From: Candidatus Saccharimonadota bacterium
GTDB lineage: Bacteria > Patescibacteriota > Microgenomatia > UBA1406 > GWC2-37-13
Direction of reading: 5' to 3'
NCBI GenBank assembly: GCA_016700135.1
Contig: CP065004.1
Span: forward strand, 300,001 to 332,000
DNA: 32,000 bases
A model generated the notes under the pieces. That model did not search any database, was not told the origin of the DNA, and saw only the letters and a list, made by a program, of their open reading frames with translations. A program made the translations under genes and the position numbers. Positions 1 through 7,292 of the stretch are shown here, one piece after another. Within the stretch, counting starts at the first letter, position 1. Every line of letters begins with the position of its first letter.

Positions 1-102
1 TTCACTTTTCAGTTCCTCAATGATGACAGAAGGATTCCCCGGATACACGGTTGTTTTTGTTGTAAGCGGGACTGAAATATCAATAATTTCTGTATATTGC
101 AT
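1..102 (-). CDS. 5' end of a putative cyclase-family (arylformamidase-like) protein; continues past the left window edge
   Basis: Reverse-strand ATG at 102..100 opens MQYTEIIDISVPLTTKTTVYPGNPSVIIEELKSE. The IDxSxPL...VYPG(D/N)P N-terminal pattern is typical of the putative cyclase family. Only 34 codons are visible. Confidence 0.4.
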   Translation of the reverse strand, partial: MQYTEIIDISVPLTTKTTVYPGNPSVIIEELKSE

Positions 103-141
103 AGTAGTTTATAACTGATAAGAATTTAGAGTGTCGCAGTT

Positions 142-1056
142 CTATTTCTTCACTGCATGACCGCCGAACTGACCTCTCAATGCCGAAACGACCTGTCCCG
201 TATAGCTTGGTTTCTTTTCGGAATCCAGTCTGAACTGGTATGATTCAGCTATCACCGGAACTTCTTCACCCAAATCCTTTGCAGTCTCAACGGTCCACTT
301 TCCCTCACCGCTGTGACTGATTGATCCCGAAATCGTTTTCAGATCTTCACCCCACTCCGTATACGCTTTATGGAGCCATCCGACAAGCCGTGATTCGATC
401 ACGCTTCCCGTATTGTAAATCCGCGCGACTTCCGTCAGATCCAGATTGAACTGTGACTTTTTCATCACGTTAAAACCTTCTCCTATTGCCTGCATCATCC
501 CGTATTCAATCCCGTTATGGACCATTTTGACAAAATGACCGGCACCGACACCCGCAAAATGAGCATACCCGTCTTTGATTGAGACATCTTTATACAACTC
601 TTCCATTTTCCGAAATTGTTCTGCTGAACCTCCGACCATGAGACAGGCACCGTTTCGTGCGCCTGACGGGCCGCCCGAAACTCCGACATCAATATATTGA
701 ATACCTTTTTCTGACAATTTTTCAGCGCGGGGAGCGTCTTCTTTATAAAATGAATTTCCTGCCTCAACAACCGTATCTCCTTTGTCCAAAAACTCCGAAA
801 GACCCTGATTACCGAAGAGTGCTTCTTCAATCGGGGCGCCTGCAGGAAGCATGAGCCAGACAACACGGGGAGTTGACTCGAATTTTGAAATCATTTCCTG
901 ATAACTATATGATGCTATCATGCCGAGTTGTGCGGCCTCGTCTACCTTTGCCGGAGTGCGGTTTGTCACAATCACCCTCCACCCTTTTTCATGCAATTGT
1001 TTTGCAATACCCATTCCCATTTTCCCCAGTCCGACTATTCCGATTTCTTTTTTCAT
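142..1056 (-). CDS. gnd: 6-phosphogluconate dehydrogenase (decarboxylating), short ~300-aa form
   Basis: 304-aa ORF with an N-terminal Rossmann motif (IGIVGLGKMGMGIA). GHFVKMVHNGIEYGMMQAIGEG matches the 6PGDH signature region. It lies directly downstream of zwf. Confidence 0.9.
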   Translation of the reverse strand: MKKEIGIVGLGKMGMGIAKQLHEKGWRVIVTNRTPAKVDEAAQLGMIASYSYQEMISKFESTPRVVWLMLPAGAPIEEALFGNQGLSEFLDKGDTVVEAGNSFYKEDAPRAEKLSEKGIQYIDVGVSGGPSGARNGACLMVGGSAEQFRKMEELYKDVSIKDGYAHFAGVGAGHFVKMVHNGIEYGMMQAIGEGFNVMKKSQFNLDLTEVARIYNTGSVIESRLVGWLHKAYTEWGEDLKTISGSISHSGEGKWTVETAKDLGEEVPVIAESYQFRLDSEKKPSYTGQVVSALRGQFGGHAVKK

Positions 1057-1144
1057 AATGAAACACGATGTAGGCGGTAGGTGACAGCTTGCAGCAATCT
1101 TATATTCCGTAAATAGATGGCGTTTACAGCCTACTGCCTACTCA

Positions 1145-2581
1145 CTACAAGCGATTCTCAATAACGGTTCCTTTTTTATATGTAATAAGCCCTGGTTCTC
1201 CTGTCGACTGCCACGCCGTGACAATCGGCTCAATAAATTCCCACTCACTCATGATTTCCTCCGTTGATACAAAAAGCGTTTGATCTCCGCGCACGATATC
1301 GTAAAGCAACGCTTCATAGTCGTCTACAAATTCTTCGTCCATATACGCATCGTGATAGTTAAATCCGAGAGAATGTTCTTTGACATCGTAGGTAAATCCC
1401 GGTTTCTTTGCGATGAAATTCATGGTAATTTTTTCTTCCGGACGAAGATGATAATGGAGCGTATTTTTTTGCGTTCCCGGAACGGAATACAGACAGAACG
1501 GCGATTCTTTAAAGGTCACAACCACTTCAGTCAAATCGCTTCCCTGCGCTTTCCCTGATTCCAGATAAATCGGAACTCCTTCAAAATTTTTCTTGTTTGA
1601 AAACGCCTTGATTTTAAAATACGTTTCGGTATTTGACTGAGGAGATACTCCTTTTACTTCATGATATCCTTCAAACTGTCCCCGAATTGTCTGGTTTTTT
1701 ACGTCTTCTTCTTGCATAATCTGCAGGGACGCTAAAGCCTCACTTCGTTTCTTTTTTACTTCATTGGGGTCAAGAGATGAAGGCGGATCCATCAAAAAGA
1801 GACCCAGTAACTGAAGCATATGATTTTGACCGACATCGCGAAGTGTCCCGACCTTGTCATAGAAATCACCTCTGCTCCTGACAGATACCTTTTCCAGAAG
1901 CCGCACTTCGATTTTTTCAATATAGTCTTTGTTCCAGGCAGGAGTAAGGAAAGAATTGCTGAAGCGGAATACCAGGATATTCTTGACGGTTTCTTTTGCG
2001 AGATAGTGGTCCACCCGGTATATCTGTTCCTCTTTAAAAAGCTCCCCCAGCTGGCGATCAAGCCGTATCGCCGTTTTGCGATCCGTTCCGAACGGCTTTT
2101 CCAGAATCACCCGGGTCCATCCTTCCTCAGGGCTGCAGGGTTTGGTAAGTCCCGATGTGTGCAGATGAGTCACAATGTCAGAGTAGGCATTGGGAGGAAC
2201 AGCCAAATAAAATAATTTATTGGAACATATTTGCCATTCTCCGTCTACAAGCCCGAGCATCTCCGCCAAATGATTGTAAGCATCGGGACTGAAAAAATCA
2301 CCTCCTACATAATAAAAAGACTCTAAAAATGTGTCGTATAAATCCGGCTGCGCATATTCACCCTTTTCCATTATTCCTTTGAGATACTCTCTCAAACGTA
2401 CATCATCATAGTCCCGTCTTGAAAAGCCGTAAACGCGGAACCGTTCCGGGAGTTTCTTTTTCCTGTACAAATGATACAGCGCTTTGAGTATTTTTTTTCG
2501 GACTAAATCACCGGTTATACCGAAGATGACAAAGATTGTAGGCAGGGCAAATTTTGACGGAAGAACAGGTGTATGCTCCAT
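1145..2581 (-). CDS. zwf: glucose-6-phosphate 1-dehydrogenase
   Basis: FVIFGITGDLVRKK is the NADP-binding motif and RVDHYLAKE matches the G6PD active-site motif (RIDHYLGKE). I place the start at MEHTPV (ATG 2581) rather than the ORF-track 2629, which would overlap the upstream gene. Confidence 0.9.
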   Translation of the reverse strand: MEHTPVLPSKFALPTIFVIFGITGDLVRKKILKALYHLYRKKKLPERFRVYGFSRRDYDDVRLREYLKGIMEKGEYAQPDLYDTFLESFYYVGGDFFSPDAYNHLAEMLGLVDGEWQICSNKLFYLAVPPNAYSDIVTHLHTSGLTKPCSPEEGWTRVILEKPFGTDRKTAIRLDRQLGELFKEEQIYRVDHYLAKETVKNILVFRFSNSFLTPAWNKDYIEKIEVRLLEKVSVRSRGDFYDKVGTLRDVGQNHMLQLLGLFLMDPPSSLDPNEVKKKRSEALASLQIMQEEDVKNQTIRGQFEGYHEVKGVSPQSNTETYFKIKAFSNKKNFEGVPIYLESGKAQGSDLTEVVVTFKESPFCLYSVPGTQKNTLHYHLRPEEKITMNFIAKKPGFTYDVKEHSLGFNYHDAYMDEEFVDDYEALLYDIVRGDQTLFVSTEEIMSEWEFIEPIVTAWQSTGEPGLITYKKGTVIENRL

Positions 2582-2606
2582 AGGATTATAGCAATATAAG
2601 TAACTA

Positions 2607-4313
2607 TCAGCGTTCCATCTCAACCTCAATGACCCGTTTCAGGATCGCAAGGGAGGACGCATAGGTAGCCTCAACTCCTTCATAACCGAGGTTTCTGGTT
2701 CCGAGTGTGATCGCTTTCGTGAACGGCGTATCCGATGCATAGTGGATGATCCCGATATCTATCGGGGCGTTGAGCATAGTCACCGTTGTATTTTTGGGAT
2801 ATCGGTCGAAATGAGTCGTCTCGTATAAAGCGCTCAGATAAGGACCGTCCTCCATCTCGACTATCGTGTAATCTTCAATGAAGTACTGTTGAATCGCCTC
2901 TTCGGGATGGAGGAATGTGCCTTTCGTAGATACGACTTTCTGATTGGTCAGGACACTTCCCGCACGAAATTCCGTGAAGTAGTCTTTTGTAAAGGCATTA
3001 TTAAAAATGAACGTATTGTCACTGTACGTATCATATACTTTTGTCGGTAGTCCGATATCACCCAAGTTTGCATGCAAAAATGAGGCTTTCCCCAAAATAT
3101 ATACACCGCGAAGATCATTGACGTTGTGGAGAATCGTTGAGAGTACCATATAGGCTCCTGAGCCGAGAGGATAATCTATGTTGAGGACCAGTGCTTCGGA
3201 ATCGTCAAATTTCCCTTGAGCAATCCCCAGTTTTTTAGCCAAGCCTGTTTTCCCGACATCTTTCAGTGAAAATACCTGCGCATTGATATCGAGATAATGT
3301 TTCGCATCAATAAAATCAATACCCAATTCGCGTTCGTAAGCTTCCCGTTTTTCTCGAATTTCCGGATGCTCCCTTTCATACTTTTTCAGTATGTACCAGA
3401 GAAAATTTTCTTTCGAACCGGGATGCTCTCCTTTCTCGATCTGTTTCCAGTATGAGAGAAACCGCTCGGATTTATGTTCCTCAAGATATCCGATCAGCTC
3501 CTTTTCAATGCCTATGACCCAACCGGTGAGATTGTTTACGATGCTGTGAGTGTTTGATGAGACAAAATACAAAGGCTTATTCCTCAGTTCCTTATACCGC
3601 GTATGTTCAATAATATTTTCGAACCATCTCTGTGCTGCTTTTTTATAGTCGACATAATTACCCCGAAGCAGTCTTACGTTAAAATGAACTTCCTTTTCTT
3701 TGATGTTTTGGAGCTTTTCAAACATTTCTTTATCCCAGATTCGAGCCAGACGTTCCCAGTTTTCATCATCAATTTCAAGAACATCCTGAATCTCTTTTTT
3801 GTTCTTTGCGGAAATTTCTTTAGCATTTTTCAACCTGCTATGGAGTTTGTTCCACTCGATTTCATATGCCGTGAGAAGACCTACCATGTCATCCAGATCA
3901 GTCACGGAGTTGATGAACACGGCAAGCTGGGACTCTCCGTCATAGTACATCTTGCGGCGGCGTGCCGGTGCATGAACTTCCTGCCAGAACTCTATTTTGT
4001 ATCCTTCCCGCACAAAGATATCACCTATCTGTGCCATAACGATTTTGGAAATCTCGGATATATGAGGCGGCAAACGAAGATACGCATACATAAAAGCCTC
4101 AACATCGATTTTCTCCTGATCGGCGAATTTATGGATAGAAGGCCTCATGTTCTGATACAGCCGTACTACCTGTTCTATATTCATTTCTCCTTCTGCACGT
4201 AAGAATGATCTGTACGCATTGATATATATCGTGGTTGGGGAATGTTCTTGATCCATAACTGTACACATTTTAGCAGAAGTACGGATATTCTGAATGCAAG
4301 AAATGATTGACAT
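2607..4313 (-). CDS. hypothetical protein: long helical N-terminal region plus a C-terminal nucleoside phosphorylase / AMP-nucleosidase-like domain
   Basis: 568-aa ORF, first gene of the zwf-gnd operon. The C-terminal LVLNIDYPLGSGAYMVLSTILHNVNDLRGVYILGKASFLHANLGDIGLPT ... IVEMEDGPYLSA parallels the PNP_UDP_1 pattern (xGxGxxxAA...GxxGG...GD, then xxEME). An alternative start at MDQEHS (ATG 4256) lies 10 nt downstream of TGCTAAAAT (4275..4267). Confidence 0.75.
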   Translation of the reverse strand: MSIISCIQNIRTSAKMCTVMDQEHSPTTIYINAYRSFLRAEGEMNIEQVVRLYQNMRPSIHKFADQEKIDVEAFMYAYLRLPPHISEISKIVMAQIGDIFVREGYKIEFWQEVHAPARRRKMYYDGESQLAVFINSVTDLDDMVGLLTAYEIEWNKLHSRLKNAKEISAKNKKEIQDVLEIDDENWERLARIWDKEMFEKLQNIKEKEVHFNVRLLRGNYVDYKKAAQRWFENIIEHTRYKELRNKPLYFVSSNTHSIVNNLTGWVIGIEKELIGYLEEHKSERFLSYWKQIEKGEHPGSKENFLWYILKKYEREHPEIREKREAYERELGIDFIDAKHYLDINAQVFSLKDVGKTGLAKKLGIAQGKFDDSEALVLNIDYPLGSGAYMVLSTILHNVNDLRGVYILGKASFLHANLGDIGLPTKVYDTYSDNTFIFNNAFTKDYFTEFRAGSVLTNQKVVSTKGTFLHPEEAIQQYFIEDYTIVEMEDGPYLSALYETTHFDRYPKNTTVTMLNAPIDIGIIHYASDTPFTKAITLGTRNLGYEGVEATYASSLAILKRVIEVEMER

Positions 4314-4368
4314 ACGACTCCGGCTTTTTTATACTCTAAAACGGTATAAAATTTACATCATACTGCCA

Positions 4369-4473
4369 ATGTTTTTTCAATAAAGGGAGATATACAAAGA
4401 GGAGTGCTCCCGGCCTCACAAGATCAATCGGAACTGTCTTATCACAACGACCCTTTGAAGTGGTCGTTTTTTT
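4369..4473 (+). promoter_or_regulatory. candidate cis-regulatory leader RNA (pseudoknot plus intrinsic terminator), copy A, class unassigned
   Basis: GGGAG 4385-4389 pairs with CTCCC 4407-4411. GAGG 4399-4402 pairs with CCTC 4414-4417. The terminator is CGACC 4448-4452, a 9-nt loop, GGTCG 4462-4466 and T7 at 4467-4473, ending 18 nt before the FTR1 ATG. The same blocks recur at 14462..14564. Confidence 0.6.
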
Positions 4474-4491
4474 ATAAGTTACCCTGACAAT

Positions 4492-5310
4492 ATGTTACCT
4501 GCATTCCTTATCACTTTTCGCGAAGTCATTGAAGCGACGTTGATCGTTGCCACGATTCTCGGCATTTTATACAAACTCAACCATACAAAAAGTATTAAAA
4601 CCGTCTGGTATGCAACAGGTATTGCCGCTTTAACAAGCGCTTTACTGCTTCTCGGCGGCAGCATTCTCGGCGTAAAAATGCAGGAGCTTTATACAGGGAG
4701 AGTAGAGGAACTTATCGAAGGTATCTTCATGGTGACTTCAGCAATTTTTATCACATGGGCTGTCTTTTTCCTCCATTCATATTTCGGAAAATACAAAGTA
4801 CAACTATTACAGAAAGTGAAGAAAACTCTGGAAACGCAGGAACAGAAGGGAATATTTGTACTCGTTTTTACGGCCGTATTCCGTGAAGGATTTGAAATTG
4901 TACTATTTCTTTCGACAATCTACTTTTCTTCCGATCCGGCACATATTTTTACAGGGTTTGCGTCGGGTATTATTGCCGGACTTATTGTTTCATATCTGTT
5001 TTTCAATGCGACGGTGAAGATGCCGATTTATTATGCGTTTCGGGTGACAAGCGCTCTCCTGATCTTGTTTGCTGCAGGACTCTTATCACGCGGGATCCAT
5101 GAGTTTGCCGAAGCAGGACTGCTCCCCGAGATAGGAAATGTGATATTTCATATAGTTCCTGCAAAGGGAACATTTGTGGGAGACATGATAAAAGCAGTTT
5201 TCGGGATCACTCAGTCAATGGATTATGTGCAGGTCAGCCTCTATTTGATGTATACCGCCGCTATGACGTGGTTTGTATTTTTCAGGAAAAGCACTGCTGA
5301 GGAAACCTAA
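4492..5310 (+). CDS. FTR1/EfeU-family high-affinity iron permease
   Basis: 272-aa polytopic membrane protein with the two REXXE motifs of the FTR1 family (REVIE near the N-terminus, REGFE mid-protein). Confidence 0.85.
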   Translation: MLPAFLITFREVIEATLIVATILGILYKLNHTKSIKTVWYATGIAALTSALLLLGGSILGVKMQELYTGRVEELIEGIFMVTSAIFITWAVFFLHSYFGKYKVQLLQKVKKTLETQEQKGIFVLVFTAVFREGFEIVLFLSTIYFSSDPAHIFTGFASGIIAGLIVSYLFFNATVKMPIYYAFRVTSALLILFAAGLLSRGIHEFAEAGLLPEIGNVIFHIVPAKGTFVGDMIKAVFGITQSMDYVQVSLYLMYTAAMTWFVFFRKSTAEET

Positions 5311-5954
5311 ACGGCTTTCTGTGTGTTACCGGCAACTGCGACATATATCAGTGATGCGGTCTCTGCCACGGCAAAAAATCCGATGAGGAATGTCCATATC
5401 CCTATGTCCTGAAATGCCACATGGAGAAACAGCAGCCAGACAATGAAGTAGACCATTGAGTGAATCCGTCTCCACCAGGGGCCGAGCTTGCTGACGCTGA
5501 GATCATTTGACGTGATAAAAACCGGTGCCAGAGTATACAGTGCAGCTACACCCATAAACTCAAAAAGAGGAGGCGGAACGATAAGGGGAGCTCCGCCGAA
5601 AAGAATCGGCAACAGTCGTATGGAAGAGTAGTGGAGGAATGCCAGAGAAAACATCGTAATTCCCAAATGACGTCTGATGACCATCAGAAAACTTGTCATC
5701 ATGTTTCTAATGCCAAAACGACGTAAGATACCCGGAGTAATGACGGCACAAAAAGTGATAAGAGCAATCTGACCGCTCATTATTCCCACTTCATACACGG
5801 CGGCACGATTGACATTCTGTGATGTCCAGTAGGCAAAAAGTATCCACAAGCCCATAAGGAATGCATACAGCATGTAAAATCCGCGGAGAATGTCCTGTTT
5901 GTGATGAATTCCCTGGCGGAAAAATCGGGTTAAGATCGACTGTTTGTTTTCCAT
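5307..5954 (-). CDS. ferric-reductase-like / MsrQ(YedZ)-like haem-b transmembrane protein
   Basis: Polytopic ORF with conserved His pairs in TM helices (RRHLGITMFSLAFLHY; WWRRIHSMVYFIVWLLFLHV), resembling the MsrQ/ferric reductase transmembrane domain. The start is set at MENKQS (ATG 5954), which has a -10-like TATTAT 5 nt upstream. The longer ORF-track start would abut truB. Confidence 0.7.
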   Translation of the reverse strand: MENKQSILTRFFRQGIHHKQDILRGFYMLYAFLMGLWILFAYWTSQNVNRAAVYEVGIMSGQIALITFCAVITPGILRRFGIRNMMTSFLMVIRRHLGITMFSLAFLHYSSIRLLPILFGGAPLIVPPPLFEFMGVAALYTLAPVFITSNDLSVSKLGPWWRRIHSMVYFIVWLLFLHVAFQDIGIWTFLIGFFAVAETASLIYVAVAGNTQKAV

Positions 5955-5959
5955 ACCAT

Positions 5960-5965
5960 ATAATA
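5960..5965 (-). promoter_or_regulatory. -10 element (TATTAT, TG immediately upstream) 5 nt before ATG 5954; leaderless-type promoter
   Basis: The reverse strand reads TTGTATTATatggtATG. It fits the same architecture as the other promoters listed here. Confidence 0.4.
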
Positions 5966-6010
5966 CAATATTCACACCACCCGGACCCCGACTAGAAATT
6001 CGATACACCT

Positions 6011-6637
6011 ATGATAAAAGCATTTTATAAACCGAAAGGAATATCCTCATATGACTTGATACGGAAGCTGAAATCAAAATATTCCGGTCAGAAAATCGGT
6101 CACGGAGGAACGCTCGATCCGCTTGCGGAAGGAGTACTTGTGATCGGTATCGGGCGGGAAGGAACCCGAAACTTGCACAACGTCCTGAAAGGGACGGATA
6201 AAGTATATGAAGCCACAATAGAGCTGGGAAAAGTATCGGAAACTGACGATGAAGAAGGACCGGTTGTCACTACCGGCCCACAGGAAAAACCGACTAAAGA
6301 AAAACTTCTCAGTGCGCTGGAATCGTTTAGAGGAGAAACCGATCAGACACCGCCGCGGTACTCAGCTATTAAAATTGACGGAGTTCCGGCATACAAGCGG
6401 GCCAGAAAAGGCGAGGAGTTCATTTTGCCCAGTAAAAAAGTCACCGTAACCGATCTTACGCTTCTCACCTATCGATTTCCGATTTTTACGGTGCGGATGA
6501 CGGTCACTTCAGGTTTTTATGTCAGATCGTTTGCACGGGATCTGGGAGAGAAACTGGGAACAGGAGCCTACCTAAAATCGCTTGTCCGCACAGCTGTCGG
6601 TGACTACACCATCGATAAGGCAGAACATCTGGAATAA
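6011..6637 (+). CDS. truB: tRNA pseudouridine(55) synthase
   Basis: GHGGTLDPLAEGVLVIGIG is the catalytic-Asp motif of TruB. The protein has 208 aa. Confidence 0.9.
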   Translation: MIKAFYKPKGISSYDLIRKLKSKYSGQKIGHGGTLDPLAEGVLVIGIGREGTRNLHNVLKGTDKVYEATIELGKVSETDDEEGPVVTTGPQEKPTKEKLLSALESFRGETDQTPPRYSAIKIDGVPAYKRARKGEEFILPSKKVTVTDLTLLTYRFPIFTVRMTVTSGFYVRSFARDLGEKLGTGAYLKSLVRTAVGDYTIDKAEHLE

Positions 6638-6674
6638 TCTTACATTATATTGATACTGCAATCCGAAATTAGTA

Positions 6675-6703
6675 TTGTAATGACTATCTTTTCAGAGTAT
6701 AGT
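6675..6703 (+). promoter_or_regulatory. candidate sigma-70 promoter for the Lys-rich small protein
   Basis: TTGTAA (6675-6680), a 17-nt spacer, then TATAGT (6698-6703). It lies about 55 nt upstream of ATG 6763. Confidence 0.35.
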
Positions 6704-6762
6704 GAATGTATAGGTAATGTGTCTTGTTACCAATTCATGACTTGAAAGGTGGTGAGGCCAAC

Positions 6763-6900
6763 ATGCCAGTAAAGAAAGCAAAAAAAGCTGTCAAGAAAAC
6801 CGCTAAGAAAAAGGTAGCAGCTAAAAAGAAAACAGTGAAGAAAACCGTCAAGAAAGCAGCTAAAAAGAAAACAACCAAGAAAAAAACAGCAAAAAAATAA
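6763..6900 (+). CDS. 45-aa lysine-rich basic protein (histone-H1-like KKAAKK repeats)
   Basis: ATG 6763 is preceded by AAAGGTGGTGAGG (GAGG 5 nt upstream). The translation is MPVKKAKKAVKKTAKKKVAAKKKTVKKTVKKAAKKKTTKKKTAKK, followed by a strong terminator. It is too short for the ORF track. Confidence 0.65.
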   Translation: MPVKKAKKAVKKTAKKKVAAKKKTVKKTVKKAAKKKTTKKKTAKK

Positions 6901-6910
6901 TCTCTTTTTG

Positions 6911-6958
6911 AAAAGATCACAGTCAATGACCGCGGTGGTATGCTGTGATCTTTTTTTT
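6911..6958. terminator. intrinsic terminator, potentially bidirectional
   Basis: AAAAGATCACAG (6911-6922) pairs with CTGTGATCTTTT (6943-6954). A T-run follows on the + strand and an A-run/T-run on the reverse strand. Confidence 0.75.
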
Positions 6959-7053
6959 CCTTCATTCACACCAAAGGTCATAGTGATAACCCTTAAAGGG
7001 AATGAAGGAATCTCCGAAGAAGATTCCTTCATGGTCAACATGAATTGCCGGAA

Positions 7054-7164
7054 TCAAAGCGGCCAGTTCAGACCCGCTCCGCCGGCCTGATACGCGAACC
7101 AGAGTCCGTACAGTAGCAGCGCTGCAACGATCACGTACAGCAAAACCTGTAAGGAGTTCTTCAT
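7054..7164 (-). CDS. possible 36-aa hydrophobic peptide
   Basis: The reverse-strand ATG at 7164 is preceded by AAAGGATCAGGAAAG. The translation is MKNSLQVLLYVIVAALLLYGLWFAYQAGGAGLNWPL, a single predicted TM helix. There is no homology evidence. Confidence 0.25.
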   Translation of the reverse strand: MKNSLQVLLYVIVAALLLYGLWFAYQAGGAGLNWPL

Positions 7165-7277
7165 CTTTCCTGATCCTTTCTCAATTTCATGCGGATGAAT
7201 ACGATATTATCCTCCAGGCTCTCAAGCTTTGAAGAGCATTCGGATAATGTATCATAGTATATCACTTTTCCGTTGAA

Positions 7278-7286
7278 TGTTATAAT
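7278..7286 (+). promoter_or_regulatory. extended -10 (TGtTATAAT) 6 nt before ATG 7293; leaderless-type promoter
   Basis: The sequence reads aTGtTATAATtttctcATG. Confidence 0.55.
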
Positions 7287-7292
7287 TTTCTC

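Noticed and set aside
3603-4202. 199-aa + strand ORF inside the 568-aa gene, and similar antisense ORFs at 1820..2215, 7539..7970, 17416..17748, 22643..23008 and 24674..25081
   Set aside because: All are nested antisense to long ORFs that carry recognisable protein motifs. They are low-complexity or hydrophobic shadow frames.
4369-4473. Possibility that the repeated leader is a known riboswitch (yybP-ykoY Mn, NiCo/czcD, c-di-GMP-I, guanidine-III, preQ1-I) or just two similar terminators
   Set aside because: Short resemblances exist: AAAGGGAG vs the yybP AAAGGGGAG, CUCCCGGCCUC vs the GEMM-I CCUCCGGCCU, and CCCGG..ACAAGA vs guanidine-III. The remaining conserved blocks and the lengths do not fit any of these classes. 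Conservation also extends about 60 nt upstream of the terminators. A formal Rfam scan is still required. A guanidine-IV-type kissing-loop mechanism could not be excluded from memory.
6727-7041. Minus-strand ORFs of 104 aa and 76 aa, rich in Phe, Leu and Cys
   Set aside because: They are antisense shadows of the AAG/AAA-rich Lys-repeat ORF (6763..6900) and run through its terminator. They have no start context and a nonsensical composition.
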